Source of the DNA: Minisyncoccota bacterium
GTDB taxonomy: Bacteria; Patescibacteriota; Minisyncoccia; Moranbacterales; UBA2206
Direction: 5' to 3'
NCBI GenBank assembly: GCA_031291955.1
Contig: JARLIA010000014.1
Location: 666-64,665 of the forward strand
Length of the DNA stretch: 64,000 nt
The notes under the pieces were generated by a model, which was not told the DNA's origin, ran no database searches, and saw only the letters and a program-made list of their open reading frames with translations. Shown here piece after piece: positions 1 to 8,047 of this stretch; position 1 is the first letter of the stretch; every line of letters starts with the position of its first letter. Both the position numbers and the translations under genes were made by a program.

Positions 1-577
1 CAACCACAAAGATCACTTTTTTCGAATCGGTAAAATGAAACATCTCTCGAGCGCGGACTGCGTCACCCGCGGCAATATCGCTCCGAAGCGGACTGCCCGT
101 CAAGACAACCTGGGAGGCCGGAAAGTATATCTCAGCTTGCGAATATGACACCGCCACCCTTTCTGAGAATTTGGCCAAGACCGAATTGGCTAAACCCGGA
201 TTGGCGTCCGACTCATGGATCATGATCGGGATACGGTAGAGCCAGCCGACAAAAACGACCGGAAACGAAGCGTAGCCGCCTTTGGAAAAGATAGCATCTG
301 GCATCAACCAAAGCAAGTGCCAAAGCGCCTGAATAATCCCAATGGGAATCTTAAAAATATCCACGAAATGCCAAAAGGAAAAATAGCGGCGCATCTTCCC
401 TGCCATAACGCCCTTGGTCGGAATCCCTTGAGCATCCATCAGCTTTTTTTCCAAATCGCCTTTCGGCCCAACAAAAATAAACTCGCAATCCGGCGCTTTT
501 TCTTTGATTTTTTCCGCCACGGCGACCAGTGGAACAATATGCCCGCCAGTACCGCCACCTGTCAATACAATACGCAT
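1..577 (-). CDS. murG: MurG N-acetylglucosaminyltransferase (5' part; runs off the window)
   Basis: Manual translation from ATG at 577 gives MRIVLTGGGTGGHIVPLVAVA, the MurG signature; immediately downstream of ftsW; absent from the ORF track. Confidence 0.95.
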   Translation of the reverse strand, partial: MRIVLTGGGTGGHIVPLVAVAEKIKEKAPDCEFIFVGPKGDLEKKLMDAQGIPTKGVMAGKMRRYFSFWHFVDIFKIPIGIIQALWHLLWLMPDAIFSKGGYASFPVVFVGWLYRIPIMIHESDANPGLANSVLAKFSERVAVSYSQAEIYFPASQVVLTGSPLRSDIAAGDAVRAREMFHFTDSKKVIFVV

Positions 578-580
578 AGA

Positions 581-716
581 CAATTTACAATTATCAATTT
601 TCAATTTTCAATCAATTTTTAAATTTTCAATTTTTAAATTTTCAAACCAGCATTGGAAATTGAAAATTAAATCATTGAAAATTCATTGTAAATTGAAAAT
701 TGTAAATTGAAAATTT
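581..716. repeat. AT-rich heptamer-built imperfect palindrome (AATTTTC-like units ... GAAAATT-like units)
   Basis: Left half is tandem caatttt/caattta units and right half their reverse complements; fills the ftsW-murG gap. Confidence 0.85.
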
Positions 717-756
717 TTTATCTTATCAGATTAATAAAACACTCTTATAAATAAAC

Positions 757-1860
757 CTACTTTACTTCAGCGTATTTGGATATATTCAACAATATTCCCA
801 CTCCCGCCATCAAAAATATGATCGACGTTCCGCCGTAGCTGATGAAGGGCAAGGGAATGCCGGTGAGCGGGATAAGTCCGGAAATGGCGGCAATGTTGAC
901 AAAGGCCTGGAAAACAATCCAACCAGTTATTCCGACTGCCGCCAATCGCGAAAATCGGTCCGGCGCATTTTTGGCAACATGGAAGCCCCGCACCGCCACC
1001 AAAACAAAAAGGCCAATCAGAAATATTCCGCCAACAAGACCCAGCTCTTCTCCTATTATAGCAAAAATAGAATCGCCGATCGGTTCCGGCAGATAATTGA
1101 ACTTCTGAAGACTATGTCCAAGACCCACCCCCAGGATGCCGCCTGAGCCGATTGCCAGAAGAGCCTGGTTGATTTGATAGCCGATGCCGCGCGGATCAAG
1201 TTCAGGATGAAGAAAGACCAAAAAACGACTCATCCGATAGGACTCGAATTTGACCAAGGCCACCAAGGCTGCCGCGCCGGCCGCGCCCAAAAGAGCCAAG
1301 TGAGAAAGACGGGCGCCGGAAACAAAAAATATCGACAAGGCGATCAAAATTACCACACCCAATGTCCCGATATCCGGCTGCTTGATCAGCAAAAAACTGA
1401 CCATAGCTACAATGGCCAGAAACGGCGCCAGCCCCTCGAAAAAGTCTTTTACTCGCTCGGTCCTGTTTTCCAGCCAAGCTGCCAGATAGAGAATCATAGC
1501 TAATTTTAACATTTCGGACGGCTGAAAGGAGAACGGCCCCAGGCGCAGCCAGCGGCTGGCGCCGTAAATTTTTGTCTCAAACCCAGGCACAAAAACCAGA
1601 ATCAAAAACAGGATACTGGCCACGAAAAAAGGAAAAGAAATCTTTTTCCAGAAATTATAATCGACCGTCTGAACGGCGAGCATCGCGACCAATCCCGGCA
1701 AAACACCGAAAAAAAGCTGGTGTTTGAAATAATAATACGAGTCGCCGAAACGCGACTCAGAATAAGCGACTCCGGCCGAAGCGACCATCATGAGACCGAA
1801 GATGATCAGTAATAGAATGGCGTACAGCAATGGTTTGTCGGATTGATTAGCTTTAAGCAT
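757..1860 (-). CDS. ftsW: FtsW/RodA SEDS peptidoglycan polymerase
   Basis: GASRW, FQPSE, QPDIG, GYQ and LPFISYGG motifs; adjacent to murG; ATG at 1860 preferred. Confidence 0.93.
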   Translation of the reverse strand: MLKANQSDKPLLYAILLLIIFGLMMVASAGVAYSESRFGDSYYYFKHQLFFGVLPGLVAMLAVQTVDYNFWKKISFPFFVASILFLILVFVPGFETKIYGASRWLRLGPFSFQPSEMLKLAMILYLAAWLENRTERVKDFFEGLAPFLAIVAMVSFLLIKQPDIGTLGVVILIALSIFFVSGARLSHLALLGAAGAAALVALVKFESYRMSRFLVFLHPELDPRGIGYQINQALLAIGSGGILGVGLGHSLQKFNYLPEPIGDSIFAIIGEELGLVGGIFLIGLFVLVAVRGFHVAKNAPDRFSRLAAVGITGWIVFQAFVNIAAISGLIPLTGIPLPFISYGGTSIIFLMAGVGILLNISKYAEVK

Positions 1861-1868
1861 AATTGTCT

Positions 1869-1955
1869 GAACCACTGATTAACACTGAACGCACGTGATT
1901 TCACGTGAAATAAAATTTCAGTGTAATCAAAAAATCATGTGTTAATCAGTGGTTC
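1869..1955. repeat. Palindromic element with perfect 17-bp inverted arms
   Basis: GAACCACTGATTAACAC (1869-1885) and GTGTTAATCAGTGGTTC (1939-1955); inner CACGTG pair. Confidence 0.85.
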
Positions 1956-2606
1956 TGATTTTGTTTTTTCCTTTCGCCATTTATTTATCTCCTTATGGTT
2001 TCCCGAGAGCAACACTTCCGGCACTTTCCAACCCTGAAAATCTTCCGGTTTAGTATATTGGGGATATTCCAATTGACCTTCCTGATTGTGCGACTCCTCC
2101 TCGATGCTTTCGGCGTTTCCCAGAGCTCCCGGCAATAACCTGGATATCGAATCAACAACAACCATAGCCGGGATCTCACCGCCGGTGAGAACATAATCGC
2201 CGATGGAAATTTCCTCGTCAGCAATATGCTCCGCCACCCGCTCATCCACACCTTCATACCGCCCACAGATCAAAATAAGATTGTCATATTCCGCCAACCG
2301 CTTGGCATCATCTTGAGTATATCGCTTTCCCTTAGCAGAGAATAAAATAGTCCGTGAGCGTAGCGAACTCCTCGACTTTGAACTTAAAGATTGAACACAT
2401 CGCCAGATGGGTTCAATCTTTAACACCATTCCCGCTCCGCCGCCGTACGGCGTATCGTCGACCGTTTTATGTTTGTCAGTCGTCCAATCGCGCAGGTTAT
2501 GGATTTTTATCTCAATCAATTTTTCCTTTTGCGCGCGCTTCAAAATCGACTCATTGAAATATGAATCGAAAATTTCGGGAAAAATTGTAACAATTTTAAA
2601 TTTCAT
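1935..2606 (-). CDS. trmD: tRNA (guanine-N1)-methyltransferase TrmD
   Basis: [33 protein letters not shown] and [10 protein letters not shown] motifs. Confidence 0.98.
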   Translation of the reverse strand: MKFKIVTIFPEIFDSYFNESILKRAQKEKLIEIKIHNLRDWTTDKHKTVDDTPYGGGAGMVLKIEPIWRCVQSLSSKSRSSLRSRTILFSAKGKRYTQDDAKRLAEYDNLILICGRYEGVDERVAEHIADEEISIGDYVLTGGEIPAMVVVDSISRLLPGALGNAESIEEESHNQEGQLEYPQYTKPEDFQGWKVPEVLLSGNHKEINKWRKEKTKSEPLINT

Positions 2607-2647
2607 GATCTTTGCCTGCTTTCATCATACCACACCCCCCTCCAACT

Positions 2648-2672
2648 AAAAAGACCCTCGAAAGGGTCTCTT
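2648..2672. terminator. Intrinsic terminator-like hairpin downstream of khpA
   Basis: AGACCCT-CGAA-AGGGTCT with an A-tract on + (U-tract on -). Confidence 0.65.
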
Positions 2673-2695
2673 CAGGTATATAAGATACAAATTGA

Positions 2696-3016
2696 CTAGA
2701 CACTGAGATCACCGACTACTTCATCGATACTCTTTCTTTCTTCCCGGGGTTTTCTTTCACTGCCTTCCGGTTCGTTAATCTTGAGATTGACGCGGGCGTT
2801 GTTCCGGGCACCGATTACGCGAAGAAGGGTGCGGAGAGCTTTCGCTGTCGCGCCTTCGCGTCCAATGATGATTCCCATATCTTCTGGATTAACATCCAAA
2901 GTGATGAGAACGCCCATCTCGTCGATTTTCCGATCCACTCTCACATCATCCGGACGATTTACGATTTGTTTAACGACATATTCCACGAATTCTTTGTCGC
3001 TTGCTTGTTCTGCCAT
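2696..3016 (-). CDS. khpA: KH-domain RNA-binding protein (KhpA/YlqC family)
   Basis: DMGIIIGREGATAKALRT GxxG KH motif; typical position upstream of trmD. Confidence 0.9.
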   Translation of the reverse strand: MAEQASDKEFVEYVVKQIVNRPDDVRVDRKIDEMGVLITLDVNPEDMGIIIGREGATAKALRTLLRVIGARNNARVNLKINEPEGSERKPREERKSIDEVVGDLSV

Positions 3017-3131
3017 ACGTTTGTTCAGAGTTAAGGATTATTACCCCGCCGAGACGGGATGATTTTTTGCTGAAAAGACGAGAATGCCGGAAGATCGACC
3101 GCTTCTTTGTCTCGCTTTTCTGTCTAACCAT

Positions 3132-3160
3132 ATTATGGGTTATAACCCGCCGTTTGTCAA
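3132..3160 (-). promoter_or_regulatory. Sigma70-type promoter for khpA with a palindrome in the spacer
   Basis: TTGACA-N17-CATAAT on minus strand; GGGTTATAACCC palindrome at 3137-3148. Confidence 0.7.
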
Positions 3161-3330
3161 ACCAGAAAAAGACCCTTGCCAAAACGCGAAAGAGCGGATA
3201 AAATGGGACGGAACCGAGTTTTTGAAATTTCCTATTTTCTTTCCGATTTATACGTGGAATCGGCGTCCCGGACGGCGTTTTTTTATTTTCCAACAAAAGG
3301 AAATAAAAAAAATCCTGCGTTGTTTTATTT

Positions 3331-5634
3331 ATGATAAATAAACCGCAAAGCGCAAACAAAAATATGAACGGTTCAACCTACATCAAGCTTCTACCGACGC
3401 CTATGGAAAAACCAACAACCAAGCGCTCAAAATTCCCAGCCATCCTAAAACCCGTCCTGAAAAATTTTTTTCTCATTATTTTGGACGTGGCAGTAATGAT
3501 CGGCACTTTAAGCTTGATTGCCGGCTACTACGTTTACGCCAACACGCCACTTCCGGCGGGAATGCCCACCGCGAAAATGGACCAAACCACCCTCATTTAC
3601 GACCGAACTGGCCAGTACATCCTTTACAAGATATACGGCGACCAAAACCGCCAAAGTTTGAAGCACAATCAAATTCCTGATGATATCCGCATCGCCACCA
3701 TCGCTTCCGAGGACAGCAATTTCTATTCTCATGGCGGCATTGACGTAAAGTCCATCGCCCGGGCGGCGCTCACCGATTGGCAATCAGGCAGTTTCCAGGA
3801 GGGAGGCTCCACCATCACTCAACAATTGGTCAGAAGCCTCTACCTTTCCCCGGAAAAAACCTTCCGCCGGAAAGCTATCGAAGCCATCCTGGCCATAAAG
3901 TTTGAGAAACAATACAGCAAGGACCAGATTTTGGATATGTATCTCAATGATGTTCCATATGGACACAATGCCTACGGCATCGAAACGGCGGCTGAAACTT
4001 ATTTCGGCATCCACGCCGATAAATTAACGCTGGACGAAGCCGCTTTTTTGGCAGCGCTTCCGAACGCGCCGACTTATTATTCCCCTTATGGCGGCAATAC
4101 GCAGGCGCTTGTTGCCCGTCAGCAGAATATCTTGAATCGGATTGCCGAGTTGAAATTGGCCGACCCACAGATGATCACCGCCGCCAAAAAAGTGGACACG
4201 CTGGCTAAAATAATTCCACTCAAGGATTCGATCCAAGATCCGCATTTCGTCTTTTACGTTAAACAGCAATTGGAACAGATGTACGGAAAAGATAAAGTCA
4301 AGAATGGCGGACTAAAAGTCTACACCTCTTTGGATTATAACTTGCAAAACATCGCGCAAAAGGACGTTACGCAAGGTGCCGCCTATAACAGTAAAGCCTA
4401 TAATGCCAATAACGCGGCGCTCGTAGCTATTGATCCTAAAACTGGACAAATCCTGGCCATGGTTGGTGGTCCAAATTTCTGGAACACGGCATCCGACGGA
4501 CAGGTCAACGCCGCCCTCGCCCTCCGCTCGCCCGGCTCTTCCTTTAAGCCTTTTGTCTATTCGGAAGCTTTTTTGAAAGGCTATCAGCCGGATACGCTCC
4601 TTCTGGACGCCTCGACTAATTTCGGCCCGGACGGTTCCGGCCGAAACTATATTCCCCGAAATTATGATGGTCGGTCGCATGGCGTAGTCACGATGCGCCA
4701 GGCCCTGGGCATGTCACTCAACATTCCAGCCGTCAAAACTCTGTATCTAGCCGGCATTAACGACACGATAAATCTCGCCGAAAAAATGGGCATCACTACC
4801 CTTGATCCGCAAAAGATTCATTACGGCTTAGCATTGGCTATTGGCGGTGGCGATGTGACGCTTCTCGACGAAACTTCCGGCTATTCGGTTTTTGCCAATG
4901 ACGGCCAGCGAAATCCCGCCACGCCCTTCGTGAAAATTGAAGACAGCAGTGGAAAAATCATCTATCAACCGCAGCCGGAAAACGAACAGGTGTTGGATCC
5001 GCAAGTGGCGCGAAAAATCAGTTCCATTTTGTCCGACAACGCCGCCCGAACGCCGATGTTCGGACCAAACAGCAAATTGGTCGTGCCGGGATATGCTGTA
5101 GCTGCCAAAACGGGAACGTCTCAAGACTTTCGGGACGGCTGGACGGTCGGCTACACGCCGGATCTCGCCGTCGGTGTCTGGACCGGGAACAACAACAACT
5201 CGCCATTCCGAAGCGGTGCGGACGGGGTTTTTGTGGCCGCGCCGATCTGGAATAATTTCATGACCGCTGCTCTCAAAGATTATCCCAAAGAAACTTTCCT
5301 GGCTTACAACAATGAAAATTCCACCTCGGCCAACACTCAGAGCGGCAATTTCAAGATTGTTTATTTCGATAAAAAAACCGGCAAAGTTTTATCTGGCAAG
5401 AAATTGAAAAAGGCCGATCCGGCCAATATTGGAACACGTGTTGAATACGCCGGCAGTTCCGGCAATCTTTCTTCCAGCAACGCTACTGCGAGCGCGGGAT
5501 TAGTCGAAACTCAAAATACCACTGACCCGATGATCCAGGGTTGGCAAGCCAGCCTCAATCAAGCAATTGTCAATTCAGGAAATAGCAGTAATAATTCCGG
5601 CAACGGCGGCAACTCCAAACATCATCACCATTGA
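3331..5634 (+). CDS. Class A penicillin-binding protein (transglycosylase-transpeptidase)
   Basis: EDSNFYSHGG and GGSTITQQL (GT51); SSFK, SLN and KTG (transpeptidase); N-terminal TM; true start may be 3364 or 3403. Confidence 0.95.
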   Translation: MINKPQSANKNMNGSTYIKLLPTPMEKPTTKRSKFPAILKPVLKNFFLIILDVAVMIGTLSLIAGYYVYANTPLPAGMPTAKMDQTTLIYDRTGQYILYKIYGDQNRQSLKHNQIPDDIRIATIASEDSNFYSHGGIDVKSIARAALTDWQSGSFQEGGSTITQQLVRSLYLSPEKTFRRKAIEAILAIKFEKQYSKDQILDMYLNDVPYGHNAYGIETAAETYFGIHADKLTLDEAAFLAALPNAPTYYSPYGGNTQALVARQQNILNRIAELKLADPQMITAAKKVDTLAKIIPLKDSIQDPHFVFYVKQQLEQMYGKDKVKNGGLKVYTSLDYNLQNIAQKDVTQGAAYNSKAYNANNAALVAIDPKTGQILAMVGGPNFWNTASDGQVNAALALRSPGSSFKPFVYSEAFLKGYQPDTLLLDASTNFGPDGSGRNYIPRNYDGRSHGVVTMRQALGMSLNIPAVKTLYLAGINDTINLAEKMGITTLDPQKIHYGLALAIGGGDVTLLDETSGYSVFANDGQRNPATPFVKIEDSSGKIIYQPQPENEQVLDPQVARKISSILSDNAARTPMFGPNSKLVVPGYAVAAKTGTSQDFRDGWTVGYTPDLAVGVWTGNNNNSPFRSGADGVFVAAPIWNNFMTAALKDYPKETFLAYNNENSTSANTQSGNFKIVYFDKKTGKVLSGKKLKKADPANIGTRVEYAGSSGNLSSSNATASAGLVETQNTTDPMIQGWQASLNQAIVNSGNSSNNSGNGGNSKHHHH

Positions 5635-5678
5635 TTCTGGATTTACGATCCTGGATGCAATCGACATTTTTAAAAAGT

Positions 5679-6461
5679 TTATTTTGACGTTTGTGTATAA
5701 TTCTTTCTCAGTTTCAATGTAGCCCAAACCACTCCCCCGATCAACACTAAAATAATAATCCCCGCAATCCATTTCCACCAGCCGGAAGAGTAACCAACTG
5801 GATTAGTGTTGATTTTGGGATTGTTTTGCGAATTAATTTTGGATTGTTTCAGTACAGAAGCGAACTGTCCGTTTCCCCCGCTTTCCGGATTAGCGCCAAC
5901 ACCGGTCGTCTCATTGGAAACCACTGTTTCCCCGACTTTCGGCAAAGTCAGAGAATATATTTTGGTGTGTTCACTCTGGCTGTTGTTGTCATGGGAGTAA
6001 ATACGAAAATAGTATTCAGTTCCGGGCGTGAGATTGCCAAGACGCATGGTGTGGTTGTTGCTTTTGATATGGTCGGTTTTTCTGTCAGCCAGGTTTTGGT
6101 CGGTGCCGTAGCGGATTTCTGCGTCGGAGCTGTTGTTGGTCTGCCAAGTGATGTCGATTTCCGTGGGTGAAACGGCCTGGTATTTGACGGCGGAGATGTT
6201 GAGAGAAATAGTGTCGTTGTCGGAATCGATGGACGAAGAACTGCTGCTCGAACTCTGCGTGGCGGAAGAACCGTTCAATGATTCAACGCTGTAATTTTGG
6301 GATCCGGCCGAAGACGACGAAATGGCGCCGGTGCCTATAGTCCCGGCCTCGATGCTCCAGTTCTGACTGCTCATCGTGTCCGCCCGGCTTATAAGCGGGA
6401 AAAGAAGCAAAGCGCTCGCAAGGAAGAAATAGAGCTTTTTTTTGGCTTTGACATGGCTCAT
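5679..6461 (-). CDS. Secreted, C-terminally anchored fibronectin type III-like protein
   Basis: Signal peptide, Ser-rich linker, ITWQTN..YG..H...L..LTPGTEYYFRI pattern, C-terminal TM with basic tail. Confidence 0.8.
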   Translation of the reverse strand: MSHVKAKKKLYFFLASALLLFPLISRADTMSSQNWSIEAGTIGTGAISSSSAGSQNYSVESLNGSSATQSSSSSSSSIDSDNDTISLNISAVKYQAVSPTEIDITWQTNNSSDAEIRYGTDQNLADRKTDHIKSNNHTMRLGNLTPGTEYYFRIYSHDNNSQSEHTKIYSLTLPKVGETVVSNETTGVGANPESGGNGQFASVLKQSKINSQNNPKINTNPVGYSSGWWKWIAGIIILVLIGGVVWATLKLRKNYTQTSK

Positions 6462-7421
6462 TTATTTATTGCTGTTGTTAGGAGTGGTAGTTTCCGCAGC
6501 CAAGTTACTGCCGACAATGATTAAAACATCGGCGTTGGCCGGCTGGACTTCACCAGCCGGGAGATTTTGAACTTGTCCACCGACCGCTTGAGCAATTCGG
6601 CTCACAAGAGCGGAATCTTTCTGGGTCAGATCAACGACGAGAGTGTTAGTGTAATTGCCTTTGGCGTCGCCCGTGCCAATGACGGCTACGCCGGTGAGAC
6701 TGTTGAGGTTAGCCCGGGTATTACTCGTTCCCGCCACATTAGAGCCTTTTTCAATTATCACCTTTAAAGGGTTTATTGTGGCATTGCTGCTATCGGCAGC
6801 AGGAGTGGAATCGGTTTGTATTTGCATTGGGGATGATGGTGCCGGGTTTGCGGCTGAATTGGCTTGAATCGCCAGATTGCTTCCTGGTGAGTTTTGAGCA
6901 GCAGACTGATCAGCTGAGACAGTTTGACCGCTACTACTATTTTGATCGGCAAAAAGCGGGGCCACGTTCACGATCTTGTTGATGCTTGAACGATAGAGGA
7001 TGGCGACTTTGGCGTTGGCGTAAATCAGGATCTTGTCGCCATTCTCCGCGTTTTTGAAAAAAACCTGATTGCCGAGTTTGCTCTTGTCAGAGACAGTAGC
7101 AAGGGTAGGATTTTCTCCTTGCGGGAGAATCATGAGCTTCCCTACTTGAATCACCACCGACTGGGATTTTGCCTGGGTTAAGGCAACAGAACTGGGAATT
7201 TTTTTAAGAACTTTGTATTGCCGGTAATAATACGCGGCGGTGGCAATGAGACCGAGAAAAACCAGCCAGAATAATATTTTCGAAATTCTCCACCGCGAAA
7301 ATATTCTTGAAATTTTTCTTTTTTCTTTTCTGGTGAAAGCAGGCGCGTAATGCAACGCCTCTGAAGCCTGTCTTGCTTCTCTCGCCATGAAACGCTCAAT
7401 TTTTTCCGGATTTCTTTGCAT
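6462..7421 (-). CDS. Single-TM protein with conserved extracellular domain and LytR_C-like C-terminus
   Basis: TM helix, LPQGENPTLATV...NAENGDKILIY domain, low-complexity linker, C-terminal ADVLIIVG. Confidence 0.75.
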   Translation of the reverse strand: MQRNPEKIERFMAREARQASEALHYAPAFTRKEKRKISRIFSRWRISKILFWLVFLGLIATAAYYYRQYKVLKKIPSSVALTQAKSQSVVIQVGKLMILPQGENPTLATVSDKSKLGNQVFFKNAENGDKILIYANAKVAILYRSSINKIVNVAPLFADQNSSSGQTVSADQSAAQNSPGSNLAIQANSAANPAPSSPMQIQTDSTPAADSSNATINPLKVIIEKGSNVAGTSNTRANLNSLTGVAVIGTGDAKGNYTNTLVVDLTQKDSALVSRIAQAVGGQVQNLPAGEVQPANADVLIIVGSNLAAETTTPNNSNK

Positions 7422-7438
7422 ATGGTTTTGTGGATTAT

Positions 7439-7948
7439 TTATTTGTTCCCTGCTTTGGAAGCAGTTGGAGTTGCGGGCGAGTTTTGAGAAGATGATGGAT
7501 TATTCTGGTCCATGATAAACGGAGCTTCTTTGATTATTTTGTTGATATTGGGCCGATAAAGAATCGCCACTTGAGCTTTGACGTAAATCAAAATTTTATC
7601 GCCATTGGCAGCATTTTGAAAAAAATCTTGGCCCTTCAGCTTGGTGATGTCGTTCACGGTGGCAATAGTTGGAGTTTCCCCTTGTGGAAGCTCAATCAGT
7701 TTTCCCGCTTGAGCAACAGGATCGGCTTTCGCTTTTTGGTATTGGTGATAGAAATATATAGCAACGCCGAGGATGATTACTATCACGAGTCCCCGCAAAA
7801 TTCTGGGAATTCTCTTTCCTCGAGTAATTTTGGTAAATTTTTGTCTTTCTGGTTGCTTCGACGGACGCGCCACAGAAACTTCTTCTGTAATCACCTCGGC
7901 CATATTTCTGTTTTTCTTGACCATGGACATTTCGATGTTGTCTGGCAT
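7439..7948 (-). CDS. Single-TM protein, paralog of 6462..7421 lacking the LytR_C part
   Basis: LPQGETPTIATV...NAANGDKILIY...AILYRP shared with the neighbouring gene. Confidence 0.8.
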   Translation of the reverse strand: MPDNIEMSMVKKNRNMAEVITEEVSVARPSKQPERQKFTKITRGKRIPRILRGLVIVIILGVAIYFYHQYQKAKADPVAQAGKLIELPQGETPTIATVNDITKLKGQDFFQNAANGDKILIYVKAQVAILYRPNINKIIKEAPFIMDQNNPSSSQNSPATPTASKAGNK

Positions 7949-8047
7949 AACGATGTCTATAAAAAGTTATTTTTCTCGCTAAACTTATTAATTCTCCAAT
8001 CCGGAAGCCGAAAAAGTTAAGGCGGCCAGACTACAAAATCCCTAATT

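Noticed and set aside
504-710. ORF with repetitive FSIFK/LKI translation
   Set aside because: It is the translation of the heptamer palindrome and overlaps murG antisense
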